NCBI GenBank assembly: GCA_016184225.1
Contig: JACPDA010000004.1
Coordinates: forward strand, 70,800 to 134,799
Source of the DNA: Candidatus Daviesbacteria bacterium
GTDB lineage: Bacteria; Patescibacteriota; Microgenomatia; Daviesbacterales; UBA10151
Length of the DNA stretch: 64,000 bases
Direction: 5' to 3'
In this document: positions 45,601-55,440 of the stretch, piece by piece
Layout of the letters: every line of letters begins with the position of its first letter
Numbering within the stretch: position 1 is the first letter of the stretch
The notes under the pieces: generated by a model
The model's database searches: none
What the model saw: only the letters and a program-made list of their open reading frames with translations
Told to the model about the DNA's origin: nothing
Position numbers and translations under genes: made by a program

Positions 45601-47373
45601 ATGCTGCCAAAGTTTATAGTTTATAGTTTATCGTTTATCGTTTTGATACTATTTACCATCCATCCTGCTCTTGCCCAAACCCCTTCGACAAGCTCAGGGC
45701 ACGCTGCTATCCCTTCTGCTTCTTCCTCTACACCCTATACCCTATACCCTATACCCTCATCTGTCTCCCCCACTTCTCCCCTTTATACCGACTTGTTGGT
45801 AAATAACCTCTTCCACTCTTTCTCCTGCCTGGCAATCGGCCAATCTGTTATTGGCCAGCCGTGTTTAACCTACCAGGTAACTAAAAATGCCCAGGGTGCC
45901 ATCCAAAGCATACCGGTACTTTCTTCAATAAACACCTCAGGCGGAACGCTGGGGGCTGTCACCTCTGTCATAGGGATGCTCTATACTAACCCGCCGGTCA
46001 GGACTGCTGATTATCTGGCCAGTGTCGGGACTGATTTGGGAATTGTCAAGCAAGTCCATGCCCAAGGAGTAGGGGGTTCAGGAGCTGCCGTACTAAACCC
46101 CATCTTAAAGCTTTGGCAAGTTTCCAGAAATATCTCCTATGTCATATTAATCATTATCTTTTTGATCATTGGCCTGATGGTCATGTTCAGGAATAAAATC
46201 AATCCTCAAACCGTTATTACCGCCCAAACTGCCCTGCCTGGATTAGTCATCGGCCTGGTGATGATTACCTTCTCCTACTTCTTTGCCGGTCTGATTTCGG
46301 ATTCTGCCTTTATTGGTACAAATTTAGTTGGTTATTATTTTTCTGCCGCTCAAAAACAATCTACCCCTCAAAATGTCGTTGAAAGTATGCAAAATCAAAA
46401 TGTGTTAAGTATTTTCAGTCCCTTTATCGGCATCGTTAATAAAGAAAACGCGGCAGACCTGATCAGTTCCATATGGACGAGTTTAAACCAAGATACTCGA
46501 AATTTTCTTACCGGCATTTCGGCGTTTCTGGTGGGTCAAATGACTTCACCAGTTGGTAGTTTATTCGGACCGGTCGGGCAGATGGTGGTAGGTTTTGGAA
46601 CATCAACCGTGACATTGGCAAACCCAACAGGAATCGTTGGTGTTCTACTGTGGATAATGGCTACCCTAATTTTGCTTTACTCCATGTTTAAATTGTTACT
46701 ACGCCTGATTAATAACTATCTCACTATTATCTTTCTGACATTTACTGCCCCTTTTCAACTTTTAATCGCTGCTTTACCGGGTAGGCAGGGCATGGCCACT
46801 AATTGGATCTTAAATATGCTGGCCAATATTTTGGCCTTTCCGGCTGTTTTGGCTGTGCTTTATTTTGTGGCTTATCTGATGGGGCCGGTTTTTATGAATC
46901 TACATTGTACCACTCCCTGTCCCTTTAAAATTACACAAGTTAACCAAATAAACAGTAATGATCTTGTGCCGAATGCATATGCAGAAGGGGCTTCAATTGT
47001 TGATAGCCAGACTTTTCCTTTATTTGGAGGTATGAACTTGGATTTCATGAGACTGCTTTTGGCATTTGGAGCTTTAATAGCATTACCATCAATACCGGAC
47101 GTACTGGGTCGGGCCATTGGTAAAATGGGTGAAACTGGACAGCTGATCGGCCAGGAAATTGGCGGTAGTGTCGGCCAAGGCAGAGGTTATTTTGGCCAAG
47201 CCAGCCGGGCACCGGGAGCCCTAGCCCAACAGGTTGGGCCAGTTATAAACCAACCTGGGTATATGATGGAGGGTGGCAAAGTAGTCAGAGTCTACGATCC
47301 TAGATTTGGTGGAAGTTTTGGAATATTCAGTAAATTTGGAAGTTGGCGTAGGCCAAAGGGAACTCCTCCGTAA
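45601..47373 (+). CDS. VirB6/TrbL-like polytopic membrane protein
   Basis: LWQVSRNISY...GLMVMFR..INPQTVIT.Q.ALP, multiple TMs; follows the pilin array. Confidence 0.7.
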   Translation: MLPKFIVYSLSFIVLILFTIHPALAQTPSTSSGHAAIPSASSSTPYTLYPIPSSVSPTSPLYTDLLVNNLFHSFSCLAIGQSVIGQPCLTYQVTKNAQGAIQSIPVLSSINTSGGTLGAVTSVIGMLYTNPPVRTADYLASVGTDLGIVKQVHAQGVGGSGAAVLNPILKLWQVSRNISYVILIIIFLIIGLMVMFRNKINPQTVITAQTALPGLVIGLVMITFSYFFAGLISDSAFIGTNLVGYYFSAAQKQSTPQNVVESMQNQNVLSIFSPFIGIVNKENAADLISSIWTSLNQDTRNFLTGISAFLVGQMTSPVGSLFGPVGQMVVGFGTSTVTLANPTGIVGVLLWIMATLILLYSMFKLLLRLINNYLTIIFLTFTAPFQLLIAALPGRQGMATNWILNMLANILAFPAVLAVLYFVAYLMGPVFMNLHCTTPCPFKITQVNQINSNDLVPNAYAEGASIVDSQTFPLFGGMNLDFMRLLLAFGALIALPSIPDVLGRAIGKMGETGQLIGQEIGGSVGQGRGYFGQASRAPGALAQQVGPVINQPGYMMEGGKVVRVYDPRFGGSFGIFSKFGSWRRPKGTPP

Positions 47374-47383
47374 GCTTGATTAG

Positions 47384-50300
47384 CTACACATATGTGGGAG
47401 GGGGGACTTGTCCAGGAAGACGAGGATTGTGACTGGGGGTCATTTTCCTCCACACTTCAGTCCAGATGCTTGATCCTTCTCTATACGAACTAGGGGTAGT
47501 GATTAATCTAATAATATCTCTAATCTCTGTATTAGCCTCTATACCACCCTGTTCCCTCTCAATATCATCTCTTTTTTCACCCTTGCCTTTTTCCGATATT
47601 AACCATTCCAAAAATCTTAAAGCAAATTTTTCGTTTTCTTCATACCCTGCACCGGAAGATAAAGCTTGTCTGTCTTCTCCCAACAATTTCTCCGTTGCAG
47701 CAATGATTGGTTCAAATCTCTTGAAAGTAGTCTCCTGCAAGTAGTTAACAATGTTTTCTCTCCATAAATTGTAAGTAGCAACATTGTCATTTTCTTTATT
47801 AGTAAGATTTTTCAGAAAATCATCCAATTTAAACTTAATCCCTCCGAACACCTTCCATAAACTATTAGCATCCACTAAGGGCTTTTCCAAAAAGCCCCAC
47901 AGTTTCTTCAGACCTCCCCCTTGCTCCTCTGCTAGACTCCCTTCCTCTCTTCCCCTAATACTAAGCATGTCTTTGAATCTTTGGGCATACATGGTCAGCG
48001 CCGGATTATCAACAGACTCCATCCCATTAGCAGTTGTATTAACGCTTAAAGCCAAATCCAAAATACTGTCAAAATCCATCTCTCTGGAAAGAGAACCCAA
48101 ACTAAACGGCATGGCGTGTACCAAATCCGCCGCTCTTGGCATGGTTCTTCGCAAATTCGTATACCAAAAAGCCTTCAGGTGTTGCAACCTTTTTACTCCC
48201 CAATTCATGCCTTGAAAACCATAATCAATCCTGTCTGCTGAAAAAGGCAGCATTCTAGGATCTGGATCTTTCCCCGGTTGCGGGAGCCCGTGGGTAGCTT
48301 CAAAATAAGCCAGACGTTCCAGTTCAGCATCAAAGGCCCTGGAGTCCTCAATCATTTGGGTCAAGTTATCAATCCTTTGTTGGGTTGTGTCGCCTTTAAT
48401 CCCTTCCCTTCCCTTTAGTCCTAATCTTCTAAGAATCTTTTGTATAGGTATTAGTCTTCCCTTGGCCACCTGCTCCAACACCACCTCATTATTAATCTGG
48501 CTCTCGGAGGATTTATAATCTGCCAAAAAGTTATTCATCACCGGTTTAAGAGAGTTCATTTTAATAATGTCTTCAAACTTAGCCGCCCCAATTTTTGCAG
48601 TATGACCATGCTGCCTGAGTTCTGTTACTGCTGCGCTAAAAGCCTGCCATTCTTCTTTTGTTAAACCTGTTTCTTGGAAACCTTCTTGCAATTCAAACTC
48701 AATCATTTTACCGCCCTGGATAGAAACTTTAAATTTACGAGGAGCCTTCGCTCTATTCAAACCTGCATCTTTCCATCCTCGGATCCATTTTTTACTTCTC
48801 CACCTAATTAATGCCAAATTATCTGCTACGCCATCCTGTTTCCAATTTTCTTTAGCTTTTTGCAAGATAGCGTATTTGTAGAATAAAACCGCATCTTGTA
48901 CACTAATATAATCACCATTATCCATCACAATGGATGGGGCGCCAAGCATGGCTGACTCACCAAAAACATTCATCACTTGCTCCGCCACTTCAAAGGCACT
49001 TGTGGCTTTTCTTTCTATCTCCTCATATATACTCTGCACCCTAGCTAATTCACTTCTCGCTCCCCTGAAGCCCTCTAAATCCTCAAAGGTAGACTTGTCC
49101 TTTGATTCCTCCACTCTCTTTAAAACTTCTTGGTATTTCTTTTCAGCTTGATCTAATATCGCCTTCGGAGACTCTCTGCGGTCAAAACAAGATAAAAATT
49201 CATCCAAAGAAGAAACATTTGTTAACTTCTCTCTGTTTTGACTTTGCTCTTTTTCATCTACACCTTTAAGTTTGTATTGCATTAGTAAACCTATCATCTG
49301 TTCTTTAAGTAATTCTCTGATGTATTTATGTGTTGTATCATCATCAAAAAGCTGGCCTTTAAAGCCTTGCGGCCTGAAATAAAGTCGGAACTTTGGATCC
49401 ATAAATAGATACAAGGCGATCCCTGTTAAACCGTCACTCATAGCAGGCAGTCTTCTTAATTTTTCAACACCCCTAATCCGCAACCTCTGTTCCATATAAG
49501 AACTAAACAGTTCCATCTGCAGATTCCGTCCGGCCCAATCCAGGATAAAAAAGTCAATCTTGTTGGTAACCGAATCTTCAATCTGTTCCATCATTTTTTT
49601 TGCATCTTTTTCGGAAACCTTCTCGCTTCTTTGCAAATCAACCGATTTCTCTCTGATCGCCTTCAGCAACATTTCCATTCTCTGCTGTATGGTGTTAAGA
49701 TCAAAGGTGGTAGCACTTTGGATAATATTGTCAGCTGCTTGATCTGCGCCCAATTCTATTTGTTGTCTATTAGTCCCTAACAACCTAATCTTGTAATAGG
49801 ATTCTTCCTGGTAGAGCGGTTCCATTCCCTCTTCCAGAACCTGCTGTTCTCTTTGTTGCGCTATTGCCCTCTCTACTCCACGAACATTCCATTCACCTAA
49901 AATCCTGGCCGGTAAAGTAGCCCCTGAAAGGGAATCTATTATTTGGGCTTGAGCTCTCCGGACAAATTCTATTCTAATACCTTGTAGGGCTTCCTTAGCT
50001 GCAGGAGGAAGCATTCCTCTTCTTTGAAGGCGATCCCAACGAGCAGCATTCTCAACAAACTGTGGCTTGCTCTCATTCAACAGGGAATCAAAATATTCTA
50101 AAATCTCATCTTCGACTTCAGCAAAAGTTTTGCGGGGAAGGCGTCCCGGAGACCCTGTCAACATATCCATCTGGCTAACCTCCCGATGAGACACCATACT
50201 GTTGCGCCATTCTATATACTTATGCTCTAATCTTTCCTCCAAATCCCCAAAAATACCTCTTCTTCTTGCTTCATGGAAATACCAACTTAATCCTTTCTGT

Positions 50301-51283
50301 GCCATCTCCAGATTGGCTGGTACAAAATTTGGATCATTAGTTTCGCTTAGAAATTGTTGTTTTTGAAACTCAGCCAGTTGCAGAGAAAAAGTAGCTGCAA
50401 CTGATCCTGGTTCTGTAATAGTAGGTTCGGCATCTCTTAATAGTATCTCTTCTAACTCTTTTTCCCATTTTTCCGGCTCTGCCCGGCGCTGTTTCACTTT
50501 TTTTTCTTGTTTTTCTCTTTGGGCTACCGCTAACTTCTCTTTTTCCTGTTTTATCCCGTCTTCTGACTTCTTTCTCACGTCCAGAAAGTCTGGGCTAGTC
50601 ATAGCCGTAATTTGTTGTTCCAATTCAGATGTTTCTGTTTTAAGTTTACCCTCTGCTTCCTGCTTTTTTCTCCAGTCTTTGTCAGAATATAAAGCTTTTA
50701 GCCCATCTTCCTTTAAAGTGTTGCTAAGTCTTCTTGATTCCTCTCTTGTTGCATCAAAGTTATCTAATAACTGCTGTAATACCTGTTGTTTTTCCGGAGG
50801 CTGTTTTTGTATTTCCTCTTCATCCTGCTGATTAAGCTTTCTTTCTAGCTTGATAATATCGTCTTCTAAACCAAGCAACTTACTTTTATGGGCATATTCT
50901 TTTAATACATCACATGCCTGTTGGTATGCACTTTTTATACTCTCTTCCTCTCTTTGCTCAGCTGACATGGTGTCTATTGTCTGTAAAATCTCGACAACAG
51001 CTGCGGGACTTTTCCCTTCGGGATTTAAGGGGTTTTCTACTGCTAGTTGATTTCTAATTTCCCGGATCACTTGTACTGATTCAGGAACTTGCCTGATCTC
51101 TGGTGGCTGGATATACCCTGCCTGTCGGACAGCTTCTACAGAAGCAGAGACACCCGGGGTATCTGCTGGTTGAGTATTTACTTTTTGCTCCGGAGGAATA
51201 TTAGGACCTGCTTGGGATCCTGCTAATACACCTTCTGATCCTGGACCGGGTGTTACTTCTGTCATAATTTCTATTCTTGCCAT
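47384..51283 (-). CDS. large hypothetical helical/coiled-coil protein (1299 aa)
   Basis: Long ORF with an AAGGAAG SD; charged; no signal peptide or motif recognised. Confidence 0.7.
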   Translation of the reverse strand: MARIEIMTEVTPGPGSEGVLAGSQAGPNIPPEQKVNTQPADTPGVSASVEAVRQAGYIQPPEIRQVPESVQVIREIRNQLAVENPLNPEGKSPAAVVEILQTIDTMSAEQREEESIKSAYQQACDVLKEYAHKSKLLGLEDDIIKLERKLNQQDEEEIQKQPPEKQQVLQQLLDNFDATREESRRLSNTLKEDGLKALYSDKDWRKKQEAEGKLKTETSELEQQITAMTSPDFLDVRKKSEDGIKQEKEKLAVAQREKQEKKVKQRRAEPEKWEKELEEILLRDAEPTITEPGSVAATFSLQLAEFQKQQFLSETNDPNFVPANLEMAQKGLSWYFHEARRRGIFGDLEERLEHKYIEWRNSMVSHREVSQMDMLTGSPGRLPRKTFAEVEDEILEYFDSLLNESKPQFVENAARWDRLQRRGMLPPAAKEALQGIRIEFVRRAQAQIIDSLSGATLPARILGEWNVRGVERAIAQQREQQVLEEGMEPLYQEESYYKIRLLGTNRQQIELGADQAADNIIQSATTFDLNTIQQRMEMLLKAIREKSVDLQRSEKVSEKDAKKMMEQIEDSVTNKIDFFILDWAGRNLQMELFSSYMEQRLRIRGVEKLRRLPAMSDGLTGIALYLFMDPKFRLYFRPQGFKGQLFDDDTTHKYIRELLKEQMIGLLMQYKLKGVDEKEQSQNREKLTNVSSLDEFLSCFDRRESPKAILDQAEKKYQEVLKRVEESKDKSTFEDLEGFRGARSELARVQSIYEEIERKATSAFEVAEQVMNVFGESAMLGAPSIVMDNGDYISVQDAVLFYKYAILQKAKENWKQDGVADNLALIRWRSKKWIRGWKDAGLNRAKAPRKFKVSIQGGKMIEFELQEGFQETGLTKEEWQAFSAAVTELRQHGHTAKIGAAKFEDIIKMNSLKPVMNNFLADYKSSESQINNEVVLEQVAKGRLIPIQKILRRLGLKGREGIKGDTTQQRIDNLTQMIEDSRAFDAELERLAYFEATHGLPQPGKDPDPRMLPFSADRIDYGFQGMNWGVKRLQHLKAFWYTNLRRTMPRAADLVHAMPFSLGSLSREMDFDSILDLALSVNTTANGMESVDNPALTMYAQRFKDMLSIRGREEGSLAEEQGGGLKKLWGFLEKPLVDANSLWKVFGGIKFKLDDFLKNLTNKENDNVATYNLWRENIVNYLQETTFKRFEPIIAATEKLLGEDRQALSSGAGYEENEKFALRFLEWLISEKGKGEKRDDIEREQGGIEANTEIRDIIRLITTPSSYREGSSIWTEVWRKMTPSHNPRLPGQVPPPTYV

Positions 51284-51495
51284 AACTTCCTTTCTTCAGG
51301 AAATTCTACGGCTCACTCCAGCATAGAACCTCCAAAACTAAATGTCAAAACTCAAATCTCAAAAGTCAAAACTATAACTCAAATCTTAAAACTAAAAGTA
51401 GTTTACACTGAGAGATGCGTAAGTGCTTGATTAAATGCTGAGAAAATCCTGACGGATTAGTTCGTAGTAGGTAGTTAGTAGCAAGCAATGAGGGA

Positions 51496-52152
51496 TTATT
51501 TTTTAACCACACTCATCCCCAATTGCTTTGCTTTTTTTTTATAAAACTCTTTTAATTCCTTTAGCTCAAGCGGCTTTAGCATTTGGGGTAATGTTTCAAA
51601 AGTATCTGCCTTGAGAAAATCTATCCCCACCAAAAAAGGATCTGTTTTAAGCCTAAATTTAACTTCTGCCCCCCTCATTAAATCCCAAATCGTAAATTTT
51701 TGCAGCAGAAAATATAAATCCACAAAATCTTTTACCTCTGTCCTTTGCATGATGGTGCTAATTTTATTGACGGCGATGTCGAACAAGCTATCAATCGCAA
51801 CTAATTCAATCTTTGGCCCCGCTTCTATCCTTTTGTATGGATAATAACCAAAGTCTACTTTTAGCTTTTCCCCGTCGGCAAACTCTAAAAGATAAATTTT
51901 TACCACTTCCTGCTCTTTCAAAAGGAACTTAAAATTATTTTTTTTACCCCAGCCGGTTAATAAATTCAGAATGGATAAGTTGTCGAATGTCTCCTCTGAA
52001 AAGAAATCCAGATCTTCGGATAATCTGTGTTGCAGATAAACAGCAGAGAGGGCTGTACCGCCGGTAAAATAGAAATTCTCTTTTAAATAATCACTGCTTC
52101 TAAACTCATCAAAAATAATTCTTTGCTTGACCGTCAGATTCACGTTCCCCAT
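51496..52152 (-). CDS. AbiEii-family nucleotidyltransferase toxin
   Basis: FYFTGGTAL...HRLSEDLDFF, NKI....R.EVKDFVDLY. Confidence 0.9.
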   Translation of the reverse strand: MGNVNLTVKQRIIFDEFRSSDYLKENFYFTGGTALSAVYLQHRLSEDLDFFSEETFDNLSILNLLTGWGKKNNFKFLLKEQEVVKIYLLEFADGEKLKVDFGYYPYKRIEAGPKIELVAIDSLFDIAVNKISTIMQRTEVKDFVDLYFLLQKFTIWDLMRGAEVKFRLKTDPFLVGIDFLKADTFETLPQMLKPLELKELKEFYKKKAKQLGMSVVKK

Positions 52153-52340
52153 ATTAAAAGTTTCATCATTTTTTTCCGCAAAGGGTCAAGGTGAAGTTTG
52201 TCCCAATTTTTTTTGACTTCGGATAAACTGATCTTTTCCCCTTTGTCCGGACCAAAATTAATCATTCTTTCCAAAATCAGCAGCCTGCCGCTTTTGGTTT
52301 TCTTTAATTTATTGATATCATAATCCCAAATGAATGGCAT
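52140..52340 (-). CDS. small putative antitoxin (DUF6922-like)
   Basis: FIWDYD.....LERMINFG; overlaps the AbiEii start. Confidence 0.7.
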   Translation of the reverse strand: MPFIWDYDINKLKKTKSGRLLILERMINFGPDKGEKISLSEVKKNWDKLHLDPLRKKMMKLLIWGT

Positions 52341-52367
52341 AGTTAAATTATACCACTTATCCGCCCT

Positions 52368-53258
52368 TTACCCGCATCTTTTAACTGCCCTGCAATTGGG
52401 ACAACTACCACCCACCTTAACCACACAATTGATCTCTTTCTCGCAAATGGGGCAGACCCTGCAATAATCAGGGTCTCTGCTGATTGAACTTGCCACATAA
52501 GTGAGGGCATTTTCAGAAAATACCCGTAAAGCAGTTCTGCCGGTGGAATTTCTGGGAGGACAACTACCAGGATAAGACCCTATCATTTGTCTGGCCGCCA
52601 TTTGAGCTTCTTGGTAAGTAATTGGCTTTGTAGAAAAGAAAAGTTGTTTTTGAATGGTTCTGGCCTGTTCTAGAGCCTTTTTTTTGGCTACTTTATCCTC
52701 CCCTTGTCTGATACCTTCCCATAACTTAGGGTCATAAATTAATCTCTCTAAAATCTCGATCCAGGATCTATCTTTAGTATCTAAAACAAGCGGAGTAGCA
52801 CGAACCTGATCTAAATCAGTAAAAATAGGCTTATTCTTAGTAAAACTGGTTAAATTCCAAGCTAATACCATGCACTCACGATCACTAAAATCAAACAAAA
52901 TTGCCCGATTAAACAGTCTTTTTACTCCATTTGCGTACTCTATTTCACTAACAATTATTTTTGTGACAGGGTATACTCCCGGGGAAGGCGGGCTTACCCA
53001 AACACTTATTCCTTTATCACTGCGGGCCGCCCACTGCTCTGTAGCAACAACTGCCTGGTATTCCAATTGTCCCAAATGGCTGGTTCTATCTTCCACTGTA
53101 TCCCTAATCCGGCAATGAGCCGTAGGAGAAAACAGTTCGCTGTCTGCGATGGTGTAGTGGTAAGGATCAGGAATCCTATTGGTTTCCAAGCTTTGCGAGG
53201 CAAGTTCTTCGACAAATTGCTCAGACGGGGTAATATCTATTCGTTCTAATACTGGCAT
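52368..53258 (-). CDS. hypothetical protein with a C-terminal Cys-rich zinc ribbon
   Basis: WVSPP, GSCP, CRVCPIC...CPNC...C; AGGAG SD. Confidence 0.7.
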   Translation of the reverse strand: MPVLERIDITPSEQFVEELASQSLETNRIPDPYHYTIADSELFSPTAHCRIRDTVEDRTSHLGQLEYQAVVATEQWAARSDKGISVWVSPPSPGVYPVTKIIVSEIEYANGVKRLFNRAILFDFSDRECMVLAWNLTSFTKNKPIFTDLDQVRATPLVLDTKDRSWIEILERLIYDPKLWEGIRQGEDKVAKKKALEQARTIQKQLFFSTKPITYQEAQMAARQMIGSYPGSCPPRNSTGRTALRVFSENALTYVASSISRDPDYCRVCPICEKEINCVVKVGGSCPNCRAVKRCG

Positions 53259-53296
53259 ATTGCTCCTGCACGGGATTTAACCCCGATTAAATCGGG

Positions 53297-53491
53297 GGTG
53301 GTCGGTCTCCGGACTTATGATAGGGTTTAGGGTATAGTGACTAGGGTATAGTAAAACATTTTTAGTTTCTACCTAAACCCTAACCCCTAAACCCTGTACC
53401 CTAACAATCACCGTTGCGGCACAGCCCAGGACTTGCACCTGGTTCCCAGTTATCTCTTGTCCTTCGATTTCACTCAGGACGAGATACCACA
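53297..53491 (-). promoter_or_regulatory. cobalamin riboswitch
   Basis: GTGGT P1...AACTGGGAA-CCAGG-TGCAAGT-CCTGG-GCTGTGCCGCAACGGTGA...TAAGTCCGGAGACCGACCAC (B12 box). Confidence 0.82.
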
Positions 53492-53593
53492 AAATTAAGA
53501 TAGCAAGATCAATTTGAATTATCAAGTACTAAATTGATCCTTTTTGTGCCGCTTGCCAATACTTTTTTCACGTTGTATATAGAGAGTATCGAT

Positions 53594-54664
53594 ATGGATG
53601 CCCACCCAATTCCTCAAAATGTCACATCCTTCCAATTTAAGCTAATTGGGGATATGACTTTAAAACAGTTTGCCTATCTGGCGGTCGGCTCTGCTACTGC
53701 TTACTTCTTATTTGTATTTTTGGCCCATGATTATCCCCTGATAGCCTGGCCTTTAATAGCTATTTCTGCTCTTTTAGGTATCGCTTTTGCTTTCTTGCCC
53801 ATTGGTTCAAGACCGCTTGATCATTGGACAAAAGCCTTTTTAAAAGCTGTTTATTCCCCTACCAAAAGAGTTTGGGGGAAAAATGGAAAAACTTTTAAGG
53901 AAGACCCTTTGTTTGGCAGCCGCCTGGTGATGTACCTGGCCGGAGCAACCCAGATAAATCAGCAGAATCAGAGTACCAGTGGATCAGAAAGACAGATAAA
54001 GCCGGATAAACCGGCAGTCCTGTTTTCTGAAACTCCGATACTCCGACACTCTGATACACCAGCTCCTCTGCCTACCCCGGAAGAACTGGGAAAGACCGTC
54101 GACTTAGCTCGCCAAGCACAACAGCTCCAAATGAAAATTATCCAAACCGAGCGTACCCTATCTCAGATCAAAACCCAGGCCCAAAACCCCACACCAATCC
54201 CGGTAGATTACAGCCAACAAGTCAACAAAGTCCTAACTGATTTACAAAACCTGGTTGGTCAGGCATCAAAGGTAAAACAACAAATCCAAACAGTGCAAGA
54301 ACCCCAGCCAAAAACCCCGGTAGAAACCAGCCAAGCGGTAGCACGGGAGAAGGTAAAAGTGGTAGTTGCCAATAAACCGCAAAAAGCTACCCTTGCCTTA
54401 ACCACATTTCCCAATGTCATTAATGGCATTGTTAAAGACAAGCAGGGGAATTACCTGGAAGGAGTAGTTACAGTTATTTATGATAAAGAAGGTTTACCTG
54501 TCAGGGCTTTAAAAACTAACAAACTTGGCCAATTTACCGGTTCAACACCGCTTTTGAACGGAACCTATACCCTGGAACTGGAAAAGGATGGTTTTACTTT
54601 TGATGTGCTGCAGATCGAGCTAACCGGACAGGTATTATCGCCGCTTGCGATAACGGCAAAGTAA
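53594..54664 (+). CDS. PrgI/VirB3-like protein with a C-terminal beta-sandwich domain
   Basis: HPIPQNVTSFQFKLIGDMTLKQF, RPLDHW, RALKTNKLGQF; start ATG 53594. Confidence 0.8.
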   Translation: MDAHPIPQNVTSFQFKLIGDMTLKQFAYLAVGSATAYFLFVFLAHDYPLIAWPLIAISALLGIAFAFLPIGSRPLDHWTKAFLKAVYSPTKRVWGKNGKTFKEDPLFGSRLVMYLAGATQINQQNQSTSGSERQIKPDKPAVLFSETPILRHSDTPAPLPTPEELGKTVDLARQAQQLQMKIIQTERTLSQIKTQAQNPTPIPVDYSQQVNKVLTDLQNLVGQASKVKQQIQTVQEPQPKTPVETSQAVAREKVKVVVANKPQKATLALTTFPNVINGIVKDKQGNYLEGVVTVIYDKEGLPVRALKTNKLGQFTGSTPLLNGTYTLELEKDGFTFDVLQIELTGQVLSPLAITAK

Positions 54665-54675
54665 GCGTATAGAAA

Positions 54676-55440
54676 ATGAACACAACACAACAACACTTAT
54701 CAATCAAAGACATCCAAGATGATATCCTGCTTTTAAAAGACGGGGGAGGGGCAATGGTGCTGCAAATTTCCGCTGTTAATTTTGGCCTGCTTTCAGATCG
54801 GGAACAAATGGCAATTATTGGCAGTTTCGCTCAAATGCTCAATTCCCTGTCATTTTCCATCCAAATTGTCATCCATTCACAAAGGCTCAATACTACCTCC
54901 TACCTGACAGCGCTTGACAAAGCCCAAAAAGCTCAAATTAACCCACTGCTTTCACAAATGATCACCGAATATAAGCAATTTATTCAAAGCGTAGTGAAAG
55001 ATATGGAAGTGTTAGATAAGAAATTTTATGTAGTCATTCCGCTGTTCAGCCTGGAACTGGGGTTGACAGCCTCAAAGACCAACCTTGAGCAAAAAATTAG
55101 AACAGTACTGCTGCCCAGGCGGGACCAGATTATCAGACAACTCAGCAGGGTCGGGCTTCAGGCAACCCAGTTAGACAGGACAAAATTAATTGAAGTTTTC
55201 TATGATATCTATAATGGGGAGGCGACGGAAAAACCCCTAGCTCAACCAATCAATCCACAAGACCTAACTGTCAGGCTCAAAAATCCTCTTCGACTCGCTG
55301 ACGCTCGCTCAGGGCCTTCGGCCCAACAACCAACAGAGATTCCTCCCCAACCAACTAATCAAGTTAAACCAGCTCCGCCACCAACCGGGACTCAGCCATC
55401 AAGAACCCATCCGTTTGTAGTAGAGGAGTTGAGCGAATGA
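54676..55440 (+). CDS. T4SS-associated protein (VirB4 N-terminal/TraC-like, CPR type)
   Basis: TQQHL.I.DI.DD, AVNFGLLS..EQ, LNSLSFSIQI, KKFYVVIP. Confidence 0.7.
   Translation: MNTTQQHLSIKDIQDDILLLKDGGGAMVLQISAVNFGLLSDREQMAIIGSFAQMLNSLSFSIQIVIHSQRLNTTSYLTALDKAQKAQINPLLSQMITEYKQFIQSVVKDMEVLDKKFYVVIPLFSLELGLTASKTNLEQKIRTVLLPRRDQIIRQLSRVGLQATQLDRTKLIEVFYDIYNGEATEKPLAQPINPQDLTVRLKNPLRLADARSGPSAQQPTEIPPQPTNQVKPAPPPTGTQPSRTHPFVVEELSE

Noticed and set aside
41411-53403. TAAACCC/TTTAGGG arrays resembling plant telomere repeats or contamination
   Set aside because: Short, degenerate, embedded in contiguous bacterial genes, and part of a wider heptamer family
53297-53491. SRP RNA or simple terminator
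   Set aside because: The minus strand shows the complete cobalamin riboswitch motif order
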